This document shows, piece after piece, positions 8,913 through 17,636 of a stretch of 64,000 nucleotides of DNA (positions are counted from its first letter, which is position 1; each line of letters opens with the position of its first letter). Below the pieces are notes generated by a model that saw only the letters and a list, made by a program, of their open reading frames with translations, ran no database searches and had not been told where the DNA came from. Origin of the DNA: an uncultured Bdellovibrionales bacterium (GTDB taxonomy: Bacteria > Bdellovibrionota_C > UBA2361 > SZUA-149 > CAZDWZ01); NCBI GenBank assembly GCA_964405665.1, contig CAYOOT010000004.1, forward strand, positions 8,053 to 72,052, given 5' to 3'. The translations under genes and the position numbers were made by a program.

Positions 8913-9782
8913 ATGCAAATTCGAAAAGCAGTAATCCCTGCCGCTGGTTTAGGAACACGTTTTTTACCAGCTACCAAAGCCGTTCCCAAAGAACTTTTAC
9001 CAATTGTTGATACGCCGACAGTACAATATATTGTAAAAGAAGCAGTCGATTCTGGAATTGAAGATATTATTTTTGTAACAGGTCGAGGCAAAAATGCCTT
9101 AATCGATCATTTTGATTCGTATCCAGAGCTAGAAGACAAACTCGAAAAAGAAGGGAAATACGATCTTCTTGCCGCCCTTAAAGAAACTTCCAATATGGCA
9201 AAAATAGTATCAGTAAGACAACCGGAACCTAAGGGCTTGGGAGATGCTGTGCTTTGTGCCAAAGATTTAATTGGCGATGAACCTTTTGCTGTTTTATTGG
9301 GCGATGATTTGGTTGATGCAACAGTACCTTGCACGAAACAAATGATTGATGTCTTTAACAAATATAATAAATCAGTTGTTGCACTAATGAGAGTTCCTGA
9401 TGATGAAGTACCGCGTTTTGGGATCTGTGGTGGACACTCTACGGAAGAAAGGGTGTTCATGCTAGACACAATGGTTGAAAAGCCTAGCCTACACGAAGCG
9501 CCCTCAAATCTGGCGATTGTCGGACGTTATATTTTAAAACCATCAATTTTTAAATATTTGCAAGAAACACAAGTCGGTAAAGGTGGCGAATTACAACTCA
9601 CCGATGCCATGGAAAGAATGATGAAAGTAGAAGGATTTATTGGCTATGAGTTTACCGGAAATCGTTATGATGCTGGAGACAAATTTGGCTTTATTCAAGC
9701 TTGCATTGCTTATGGCTTAAAACGTCGAGACATTGCTCCTCGCTTAAAAGCTTATATGGCTGAGCTCGTTGGTCAAAATTAA
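8913..9782 (+). CDS. galU: UTP--glucose-1-phosphate uridylyltransferase
   Basis: MQIRKAVIPAAGLGTRFLPATKAVPKELLPIVD is the canonical GalU N-terminus; length 289 aa. Confidence 0.85.
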   Translation: MQIRKAVIPAAGLGTRFLPATKAVPKELLPIVDTPTVQYIVKEAVDSGIEDIIFVTGRGKNALIDHFDSYPELEDKLEKEGKYDLLAALKETSNMAKIVSVRQPEPKGLGDAVLCAKDLIGDEPFAVLLGDDLVDATVPCTKQMIDVFNKYNKSVVALMRVPDDEVPRFGICGGHSTEERVFMLDTMVEKPSLHEAPSNLAIVGRYILKPSIFKYLQETQVGKGGELQLTDAMERMMKVEGFIGYEFTGNRYDAGDKFGFIQACIAYGLKRRDIAPRLKAYMAELVGQN

Positions 9783-9873
9783 TTTCAGCCAAAGGCTGAA
9801 ATTAATCACGGCTTTCCATTAGATTCTTTGGGTTTCTATGACTTATATTAAATCTGGAAAGACGGGTTAAAGA

Positions 9874-12800
9874 TTGGTTGACATACAAAATATTAAAGAA
9901 AAATTTGTCTGGATTCTTAGTGAAACAAAACTTCGTGCCTTTGAAGTAGAACTTTTTCTTAAAAAAAATAATAAAGATGCAGAGTGGCGCTCACTGACAG
10001 TTCTTGATGGCTTAAAAAATATTGCCAGTTCTTTAAATCAAGAAACTCGGACAAATAAACCACAACAAGCAGAACTAATTAATTCTCTGATTCTGGAAGA
10101 GATTTTAAATAATTCTGAATTCCCGGAATTAAAAGAAGAGCTTTCTCTTGTTTTTGAAGAAAGTAATCCAAACTTAAAATTAAAAAATCTCAATTACCTG
10201 CTAACTGCTTTTAGAAATTTTTCCAATGCTTTGCGTATTCAGCAAAATGTCGATTCCGTAATCAAAGAAATCATCGACGAATCGGGAAATACTTTAGAAA
10301 AAAAGCAAAAAATAGCGGAACTTATTCAATTAAGTAATAACCTGAATTTCAAACTAAAAGAGAGAAAAATAACTGACGATATCACCAGTCTTGATAACCT
10401 ATTGCTTGACCTCAACACTTCCAAAAAAACAAATTTAAAATTACCGGAACTGATTATTGTGGACGAGGCCTCCAGTTATTCCAAGCTGGAGCTGGAAATT
10501 CTCTCTCAAATATCAAAATACTGCAAAATAGAACTTTTAATTAAGGAACCTTTTTTGCAAATTGCGGAGCTCAAACAAAAATTCAGCTTTAAAGAACTGC
10601 TAAATTCCCTTCCGCCTTCTAAAAAACATTTTTGCAGTCTTATTTACAACATTAATCGCTACAAGAATCAGCTATCTTTTAAAGAAGTAAAAAACCATAA
10701 TCAAAATGCCGAAAAACTGATTGCTTATTTATTTGATTCCCAGCCGCTGGAAAATAAGGATTACAAATTTAAGCTTCCCTTGGCAATTTGGAAAAACAAA
10801 ACACCCCGCGAAGAAGTAACAAGACTGGCAAAAAGTTTGTCTAATATTTTAAAAAATAACTTGGCTAAACCCGAGGAACTTCATCTAATCTGTCTTGATC
10901 TCGATGAATACCAGCCACTATTTGAAGAAATTTTTACTGAATACCAAATTCCCTTTGTTGTTCCTCGAGGGAAAAGATTAGTAGAAACAACTTTGGGGAA
11001 TTTTTATTTAAGCTATCTTTCCTGGTTTTTTAAACCAACGCTTCTATCCCTGGAAAAACTTTGTCGTGAACCTTTATTTAAGATAAAAGATTTTGATCAG
11101 CCGGCAATTTTTAATTTTATCAGCCTTTGTAAAAATCTAGGCTGCGATAATAATATCTTCTTAGAAGACATTTGGGAAAATTATTTTTTAAGCAGCTTTA
11201 CTAAAAAAGGAGATTCTCAAAGTCTGGCGACAATCAATTGGATCAAATCCGAGTTGACAGAAAACTCAGAATTATTAAGAATTACGGGAAAAGATTTTTT
11301 TAGAAAAATCTTTAGAAAACTAAACCGTTTTCGCTGCAAATTTAAAAAGGGGCTTCTTGCTCAAAACCAAGTTCTCAAGGAAAGAGCCTTTTTGGCCGCT
11401 ACCGCCCAAAAAACAAAAATACTTTTAAAAGAATTAAGTGAAAATACTTATTTTGAAAGCTCCGACTTCAATAAATTGGGGATTGAAAAATCTGTTTTTA
11501 GTGAAAATTTGATTTTAGAAAAACTAAAATCCGAGTTTTTACCTCTGGTCTACGAAGAAGAAAAGATTATTGTTTCTGAAATGCTGGATAGCCGCGGGTT
11601 ATCGGGGAAATTGAATATTGTTTTAGCGCCAAGTTTCGAAAATTTTCCGGCAAAAAATTTAAAACAACAATTCAGCAACGAATATGATGAATTAAGTTAT
11701 AAAATTCAAGAAACAAGCGGAAACAATTCCTCGATCTATGAAAGTTATAGTCTGATTGCTAATTTGATCAGTAACTCCCGGGAGCTTGTTTTTAGTTTTT
11801 CCAGTTTAAGTAAAAATAAAGAAACTAAACCCGCTGATTTTTTATTTTTACTGGCCAAGCAAATTAAAGAAAATAAAAACTTAAATTCTCCGGAAATTTT
11901 AAAGGACTATTCCGTTGAATTTCCAAAAAAATTCAATAATAATCCTGATCAACAAAAATCAATCGAGCAATTACTTTCCAAACAAACAAATTATTTTACA
12001 GCTTACGATAGTTTTATCGGTGCAGAAAGCAGTTCGGAAAAGATCGTTAAACAATTAAATAAAAGATTCCTTCGTTCTTCTGCTGAGCCAGAGGATCAGA
12101 TTGCTCATTATTCCGTATCCTCTTTAGAAACATTTGCCGATTGTCCACAAAAATTCTTTTTTTCCTGTCTTCTCGGCTTGGAGGAGTCGATTGAGCCTGC
12201 AAAAATATTAGCGATCGAAACTGGAAACGTTGTGCATACTTGTCTTAAAAAAATTTTTAGCCTTGATTCTTATAAAACAATTACTGCAGAAAACTTCGGC
12301 CCAGCCTGTAAAGACTTGCTGGAAATCGCGGAAAGGGAATTTGAAAACAATCCTTATGATTGGAACCTTAATTACAAATGGCGGTATGCCAAAAACCTGA
12401 TTATTCAAGGTTTGGATCAAGACAGCGAAACTTCTAAAAGAGGCTATTTAAAAGCGGCACTTTTTTATAACAAACAATTAATTAAAAGTATTCCCGATCA
12501 ACTGGAATGGAATTTCGGTAAAGATTCGGAATCTCCGGCACTCAAAATAATTGAAGATCAACGAGAACTAAGGGTGCTGGGAAAAATTGATCGTATTGAC
12601 CGGACTGATCGCAATAAAAATTCTGAAGTTGCCGCAATTTGGGATTACAAAACAGGTGCAATCACTCCTTACAACAAAGTGGAAAAAGGGAAAAGTCTGC
12701 AAATTCCTTTGTATGCTTTAGCTGTTAAACAAAATATTGCGCCTTATACCTTACCTAAACGCGGAGCTATTTTTAGTTTAAAGCAAACAAACAGAAATGA

Positions 12801-15519
12801 TGAAGATTTGGCTTCATTTCATAAAGGCGTTTTAATGGAGCATTTGGCTATCAGCAGAAAGGGATCCCGCTTAGTCGAGGATTTTTCTGCAGTAGAAAAA
12901 CAATGCCAAAATGTCAAAGAAAATGTTTTAAAACTTGACGCCGCATTAAGAGCCGGAGAATTTCAACAAAAACCTGATAGCGAAGACTGCACTTATTGTA
13001 AATTTAAAAATATTTGTCAAAGAAATGAAACCTTAATTAAGATTAAAAGCAATCATCAAGAAATTAAAAAAGAACAGCGTATTTTCGAAAAAAGCGTTCT
13101 TGAATTTTTAGAGCATGAAAAAAACAATAAGGAACTTATCGCCTTGTCCGCTGAACAAGAAGCGGCCTGTGATATCAATCATAATATTGCTCTGATTGCC
13201 GCTGCCGGTTCCGGGAAAACAACCGTTCTGATCAGAAGAATCATTAAATTGATTTTGGCAGGAGAAAGTATTCTCTCAATTGTTGCAATTACCTATACAG
13301 AAAAAGCTGCAGAAGAAATCAAGCAACGACTGAGTTCGGCAATAAATACAATATTAGAATATAATTCCCTGGCGGGCCAACAAATTACTAACAGTGAAAG
13401 AGAGTTTTTAATTTCAGCAAAAAGTTTGCTGCCTTTAGCTCCGATTGGCACAATTCATTCTTTTGCCGGAATCCTTTTGGGACTTGATCCTTTGATCGCC
13501 AAAAGTCCATTTTCTTTTAAAATTGTTACTGGAGAAGAAAGAAAGAAAATTGCCCAAGCGGCCATTGAAAAAGTTCTTCAAAAAAATCCTAAAAATTTGT
13601 TAATTAAGTTATTAAACTTCGGCCTCTCCTGGAGAAATATCGAATCAGAGCTTGCTCATTTAATGCTTTTACCACGGGATTTATTTGCACTAAATAGAAC
13701 TTACAAGGATCCTCTAATATTAAAAAATATTTTAGAAAAACTGAGTACTGAAACTGAAAACCCGGAACTTAATAAACAAGGGCTGGAAATTGCAGAATGC
13801 TTTTGCGAGCTTGCAGAGTATACTTATCAAAAATACCTGGAGTTAAAGAAGGAAGAAGCTGTGCTGGATTTTGATGATTTGATAATTTCAGCAAAAGAAT
13901 GTTTAAGTAATAATAGTTCAAAACGAATTGCTTTACTTAAAGAAAGAAGCACGAAATTATTTCGACATTTCTTAGTTGATGAGTTTCAAGATACTGATTC
14001 TTATCAATGGGAAATTATTAAAAATATCGCTTCAGAAATTTTCTCTCAGAAAAAAACAAAACCCAAGGAAAATTTAAGGCAAACCATTTTAATTGTCGGC
14101 GATCCTCAACAGGCAATTTATGGATTTAGAGGAGGAGATTCCAGTATTTTTCAACAAGCAATTTCCGAGTTTAAATCAGTAGGCGGTAAATTGCTTTTTC
14201 TGAGAAATAATTATCGTTCGGAAGAAAACCTGATTAATTTTTACAATTCTTACTTTAGTGAGCTGTTTTCCTGCGATTTTTTTGAAGATGCTAGTTCTCG
14301 GGTCAGCACAGCCACTTCTTATGAAGAAATGTATACTTCGCAAAAAAGCGCCGATACTCAAATTAACAATGTCTCATTTCTTTTAAAAGATCCTGAAATG
14401 AATATTGACGAAGCCGCGTATCTTGCTAGTTTTTTAAAAAAATATCTTGCAGAAAACCCTGCTACAGAAAATATTGCTATTCTTTGTCGAAAAAATGATC
14501 ATCTGGAAAAGATTGCCAGTCAATTGGATTTACAAAATATTGATTATAATATCACCCAAAGTAATCGCACTCTGGAATTAAATGAAATTAAGCAATTAGA
14601 AAATTTGCTTAAGTATTTATATAATCCCCAAGATAGTATTGCCTTAGTCGGTCTTTTGCGTTCAACAATTTTTGGTTTTAGCGATCAAGACTTGTTCTTA
14701 TTTTATCAAGAACTGCAGGATTCTTGGGAAATTAAAGAAGAATATCTGAAAACGGCAATATTTCTTAATGCAGCCCAAAAACTGGCTCATTGGAAAAATC
14801 TTAACAAATATCTTAGCGCGTCCGATCTTTTAAAACATATTATCCAAGAACAAAATCTGGAAGATGTTTATCTACAAGCCAATGAAACCGCTGCTTATAA
14901 AAATATCACAATGTTTATCGATACACTTTCTCGTGAAGGAAAAAATGCTCTAGTTGGACCCGCCGTTAGCGATGTCTTAAGTTGGTTAGAATTAAAAAGC
15001 AGTAGTAATTTTCAACTTTTTGTCAATAAAGAAAATCAGAAAATTTCCTTAATGACAATTCACAATGCCAAAGGTTTAGAATTTGATTTAGTAATTCTTG
15101 CCTATATGAATTATCGTTTGCCACCGGAACATGATTTTGTAATTGGTGAATACGCAACAAACAAATTGTTGGGAATAAAAGTTGAAGATGATGAGGATAG
15201 TTTTAGCAGAGCAAAAACTCCTCTACAAAATCTGATTGAGCAATCTTCAACAGCCTTAATTTGTGCTGAAGAAAGACGTTTGTTTTATGTCGCTTGCACC
15301 AGAGCAAAGAAAAGTTTACTTTTCTCTTTTGATCAAAGGAAAGGATTTTTAGGTAATCAAAAAAAGGTAAAGGCACTTTCGCTAAGTAATCGAAAAACAA
15401 ATGCTTTTTTGAAATCCAACCCCTACTATTGGTTTGAACAGCTTCTAGACTATGAAAATCCCTCCTTTACCTTAGCTAACCCCTTGAAAAAACTTAATTT
15501 ACCTGTCATCGAATTATAA
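9874..15519 (+). CDS. Single-chain AddB::AddA-like helicase-nuclease (N-terminal AddB-like inactivated-helicase + RecB-family nuclease with 4-Cys Fe-S site; C-terminal UvrD/AddA-like SF1 helicase without nuclease domain), 1881 aa
   Basis: N-terminal half: IIVDEAS, nuclease motifs DRIDR and IWDYKTG, Cys pattern DCPQKFFFSC ... CTYCKFKNIC (C-x2-C-x5-C as in AddB). C-terminal half: UvrD motifs AAAGSGKTT (I), FLVDEFQDTD (II), IVGDPQQAIYGFRGGD (III), NYRS (IV), TIHNAKGLEFD (V), RRLFYVACTRAK (VI). Continuous ORF across the junction. Start is TTG/GTG-type and uncertain. Confidence 0.6.
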   Translation: MVDIQNIKEKFVWILSETKLRAFEVELFLKKNNKDAEWRSLTVLDGLKNIASSLNQETRTNKPQQAELINSLILEEILNNSEFPELKEELSLVFEESNPNLKLKNLNYLLTAFRNFSNALRIQQNVDSVIKEIIDESGNTLEKKQKIAELIQLSNNLNFKLKERKITDDITSLDNLLLDLNTSKKTNLKLPELIIVDEASSYSKLELEILSQISKYCKIELLIKEPFLQIAELKQKFSFKELLNSLPPSKKHFCSLIYNINRYKNQLSFKEVKNHNQNAEKLIAYLFDSQPLENKDYKFKLPLAIWKNKTPREEVTRLAKSLSNILKNNLAKPEELHLICLDLDEYQPLFEEIFTEYQIPFVVPRGKRLVETTLGNFYLSYLSWFFKPTLLSLEKLCREPLFKIKDFDQPAIFNFISLCKNLGCDNNIFLEDIWENYFLSSFTKKGDSQSLATINWIKSELTENSELLRITGKDFFRKIFRKLNRFRCKFKKGLLAQNQVLKERAFLAATAQKTKILLKELSENTYFESSDFNKLGIEKSVFSENLILEKLKSEFLPLVYEEEKIIVSEMLDSRGLSGKLNIVLAPSFENFPAKNLKQQFSNEYDELSYKIQETSGNNSSIYESYSLIANLISNSRELVFSFSSLSKNKETKPADFLFLLAKQIKENKNLNSPEILKDYSVEFPKKFNNNPDQQKSIEQLLSKQTNYFTAYDSFIGAESSSEKIVKQLNKRFLRSSAEPEDQIAHYSVSSLETFADCPQKFFFSCLLGLEESIEPAKILAIETGNVVHTCLKKIFSLDSYKTITAENFGPACKDLLEIAEREFENNPYDWNLNYKWRYAKNLIIQGLDQDSETSKRGYLKAALFYNKQLIKSIPDQLEWNFGKDSESPALKIIEDQRELRVLGKIDRIDRTDRNKNSEVAAIWDYKTGAITPYNKVEKGKSLQIPLYALAVKQNIAPYTLPKRGAIFSLKQTNRNDEDLASFHKGVLMEHLAISRKGSRLVEDFSAVEKQCQNVKENVLKLDAALRAGEFQQKPDSEDCTYCKFKNICQRNETLIKIKSNHQEIKKEQRIFEKSVLEFLEHEKNNKELIALSAEQEAACDINHNIALIAAAGSGKTTVLIRRIIKLILAGESILSIVAITYTEKAAEEIKQRLSSAINTILEYNSLAGQQITNSEREFLISAKSLLPLAPIGTIHSFAGILLGLDPLIAKSPFSFKIVTGEERKKIAQAAIEKVLQKNPKNLLIKLLNFGLSWRNIESELAHLMLLPRDLFALNRTYKDPLILKNILEKLSTETENPELNKQGLEIAECFCELAEYTYQKYLELKKEEAVLDFDDLIISAKECLSNNSSKRIALLKERSTKLFRHFLVDEFQDTDSYQWEIIKNIASEIFSQKKTKPKENLRQTILIVGDPQQAIYGFRGGDSSIFQQAISEFKSVGGKLLFLRNNYRSEENLINFYNSYFSELFSCDFFEDASSRVSTATSYEEMYTSQKSADTQINNVSFLLKDPEMNIDEAAYLASFLKKYLAENPATENIAILCRKNDHLEKIASQLDLQNIDYNITQSNRTLELNEIKQLENLLKYLYNPQDSIALVGLLRSTIFGFSDQDLFLFYQELQDSWEIKEEYLKTAIFLNAAQKLAHWKNLNKYLSASDLLKHIIQEQNLEDVYLQANETAAYKNITMFIDTLSREGKNALVGPAVSDVLSWLELKSSSNFQLFVNKENQKISLMTIHNAKGLEFDLVILAYMNYRLPPEHDFVIGEYATNKLLGIKVEDDEDSFSRAKTPLQNLIEQSSTALICAEERRLFYVACTRAKKSLLFSFDQRKGFLGNQKKVKALSLSNRKTNAFLKSNPYYWFEQLLDYENPSFTLANPLKKLNLPVIEL

Positions 15520-15604
15520 AGGTATCTTTTTTATTTTTTATCACCATAACAGAAGTAGAATGTAATCTGAATGGGATTATTATTTATAGATTATGGAGAA
15601 CACT

Positions 15605-15982
15605 ATGTTTACAAAAATTAAAAAAATATACAGTTCAGTTTGCTTAAAAAGTTTGGAATTAGTCCATGCACACTCTAGCTTATTAATGTTTTTAATAGGT
15701 GTTGGATTTTTGAATGCTGGAATGAATGAATTAGCTCATGCTCAGGTTCCCACTGGGGCAACTGGACCACTGATCGCCAGTGCCAGAGCAACACTAGCAT
15801 GTGGTTTCATACTTTCCTATCTGGAAGGCGGGTTTGGTGCATTGCTTGCCGCCGGTGCAGGAATTGGAGCAGTAGTCGCTTCCGCTCTTGGTGGGTTTAA
15901 AGCAGCATGGTGTTTAGTTGTAGTTTCTGTCGGAGCTTTTATTCTAAGATCATACATCACTTTATTTAATGGAGTATGTTAA
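15605..15982 (+). CDS. VirB2/TrbC-like T-pilin paralogue 1 (small 2-TM secreted membrane protein)
   Basis: ORF 15593..15982; ATG at 15605 preferred (GGAG 6 nt upstream). Signal peptide ending AHA|Q, Gly-rich start, conserved Cys then GGFGALL...SALGGF...AWCLVVVSVGAFIL, C-terminal Cys. Pattern parallels Agrobacterium VirB2 (ASA|QSAGGG...ICTFILGPFG...). Confidence 0.5.
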   Translation: MFTKIKKIYSSVCLKSLELVHAHSSLLMFLIGVGFLNAGMNELAHAQVPTGATGPLIASARATLACGFILSYLEGGFGALLAAGAGIGAVVASALGGFKAAWCLVVVSVGAFILRSYITLFNGVC

Positions 15983-15995
15983 TAAAGGTTTGACC

Positions 15996-16340
15996 ATGTC
16001 AATTAAATCAAAATGGCTTCATAATTTTTTATTTTTTGTTACCGTTTTAATCTTATTAATCGTATCGCAAGAATTTGCTTTGGCTCAAGCTGCCGGTGGC
16101 GGTGGCACAGAAGGCTATGATGATAGTAAATTTGGCGTAGCCTGTATTAGTGCTCTTAATTATCTGCAAGGAGGCTTTGGAGCATTGCTTTCAGCAATAG
16201 CAGGCTTTGCTGCAGTAATCGCTTCCGCAATGGGAGGATTTAGAATGGCTTGGGGCCTCCTTATCGTATCTATCGGATCGTTTATCCTGCAAGAATATAT
16301 GGAAATTTGGTTTGGAACATCAGCTTGTGTAGGTAGTTAA
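15996..16340 (+). CDS. VirB2/TrbC-like T-pilin paralogue 2
   Basis: ORF 15969..16340; start MSIKSKW at 15996 preferred (AAAGG upstream). Signal ALA|QAAGGGGTEG; core ACISALNYLQGGFGALLSAIAGFAAVIASAMGGF; C-terminal Cys. Confidence 0.5.
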   Translation: MSIKSKWLHNFLFFVTVLILLIVSQEFALAQAAGGGGTEGYDDSKFGVACISALNYLQGGFGALLSAIAGFAAVIASAMGGFRMAWGLLIVSIGSFILQEYMEIWFGTSACVGS

Positions 16341-16702
16341 TGAATAAGATTGCTGTTAAGATAATTTTTATTGCAGAATCCCTTCAGGAATTCACAAAAA
16401 AAAATTCCGATCTAATTCTTATTTTTCTTGGCATATTAATTCTCAGTGGTGGTTTGCTTGATGTTTCTTTCGCACAAACCGGCGGAGAAGTTTTTAAAAG
16501 TGCCGCTTCCAATATCGCTTGCAAAGTAATAACCGGGAAATTTGGCGCAATGTTAACTATTTTTTCCGGAATATTTGCCATTGTTGCAGCAGCTACTGGT
16601 TCCTATAAAGGCGCCTGGGCCTTGCTCTTTGTTTCTATTGGAGCTTTTATTTTTAAAGAATTCGTCTCGATTTTATTCAGCGGGTCGATAGCATGTACAT
16701 AA
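16340..16702 (+). CDS. VirB2/TrbC-like T-pilin paralogue 3
   Basis: Start overlaps stop of paralogue 2 (TAATG). Signal SFA|QTGGEV; core IACKVITGKFGAMLTIFSGIFAIVAAATG; C-terminal IACT. Confidence 0.5.
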   Translation: MNKIAVKIIFIAESLQEFTKKNSDLILIFLGILILSGGLLDVSFAQTGGEVFKSAASNIACKVITGKFGAMLTIFSGIFAIVAAATGSYKGAWALLFVSIGAFIFKEFVSILFSGSIACT

Positions 16703-17196
16703 AGAAAGATAAATATTTTTTTGAAATTTTACTGTTAATGTCAATATTAAGTTTATTGCCTTCAATAGCTTATGCTCAAGAAGGAGGAGGAACTGCTGCT
16801 GCTGGATTTGATACCAGTGTAATTGATTGGGCGATTGAAGAACTATGTGGACACATCACAGGAAATCTTGGTGGCTTACTGGTAACTGTAGCAGCTTTCG
16901 GCGCAATAGTTTCAGCAGCTCTTGGTTCATTTAGAGTAACTTATAGTGCAATAATTGTTGCCGTTGGTGCTTATGCGATCAGTTCAATTGAAAGTTTGTA
17001 TTTTCCTAGCGCGGCAACTGTTTGTGCCTCAGGAGCTTCTGCCGATGTTGACGGAGGAGATGCCGGACCCGCTACAGGAGGACCAGTTGCACCCCCGAGA
17101 TTGTCTACTTCTGCTCAACAAACGGCTGTTTCAGAGAGAAATACTTTATATAAAGACAAAGTTGAAGAAAACGATCCTTTTGCAAAATTAGATTAA
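16693..17196 (+). CDS. VirB2/TrbC-like T-pilin paralogue 4 with Gly/Pro-rich C-terminal extension
   Basis: Start overlaps end of paralogue 3. Signal AYA|QEGGGTAAAG; core ELCGHITGNLGGLLVTVAAFGAIVSAALGSF; extra ~55-aa tail ASGASADVDGGDAGPATGGPVAPP... Confidence 0.45.
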   Translation: MYIKKDKYFFEILLLMSILSLLPSIAYAQEGGGTAAAGFDTSVIDWAIEELCGHITGNLGGLLVTVAAFGAIVSAALGSFRVTYSAIIVAVGAYAISSIESLYFPSAATVCASGASADVDGGDAGPATGGPVAPPRLSTSAQQTAVSERNTLYKDKVEENDPFAKLD

Positions 17197-17200
17197 ATCA

Positions 17201-17563
17201 ATGTCCAGGTATAATTTTAAATTTTTTATTGGCGCTACTCTTAGTTTATTTTCCTTTCTTTTTGTATTCCTAAATTTCGCCTTAGCTGATGCCTTTGAAG
17301 AACTGGGAGCTTATTCCAGTCAAGGCTTGGCGGGAGGAAGTGCAGGTTTTGCTGATGGTGCATTCAAAGAAGCAATTTGCGATATTGTTGGTTTAATGGG
17401 TAATGAGTTGGGGGGATTTTTAACTGCTTCAGCTTTATTAATGGCTTTGGTCTATGCCGCTGTTGGTGGCTTATCGCAAACCACAGCGGCAGTTATTGTT
17501 GCTGTTTCCGCTTTTTCTTTAACTTCGATTGTTAGTTTGTATTTCGGGAGTTTTAGTTGCTAA
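17201..17563 (+). CDS. VirB2/TrbC-like T-pilin paralogue 5 (most divergent)
   Basis: Signal-like N-terminus ending ALADA; core AICDIVGLMGNELGGFLTASALLMALVYAAVGG; C-terminal SFSC. Stop TAA is supplied by the family-B MITE terminus. Confidence 0.45.
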   Translation: MSRYNFKFFIGATLSLFSFLFVFLNFALADAFEELGAYSSQGLAGGSAGFADGAFKEAICDIVGLMGNELGGFLTASALLMALVYAAVGGLSQTTAAVIVAVSAFSLTSIVSLYFGSFSC

Positions 17564-17636
17564 TTCTCCCCTTTTTCGCACATCAAACTATAAATAGTAC
17601 TAGAATATATGCAGCGTGCGAAAAAGGGGAGAATTA
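17561..17636. repeat. Palindromic MITE-like element, family B, copy 2
   Basis: TAATTCTCCCCTTTTTCGCACATCAAACTATAAATAGTACTAGAATATATGCAGCGTGCGAAAAAGGGGAGAATTA. Its two TAA termini are the stop codons of the + strand pilin gene and the - strand SNF2 gene. Confidence 0.8.
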
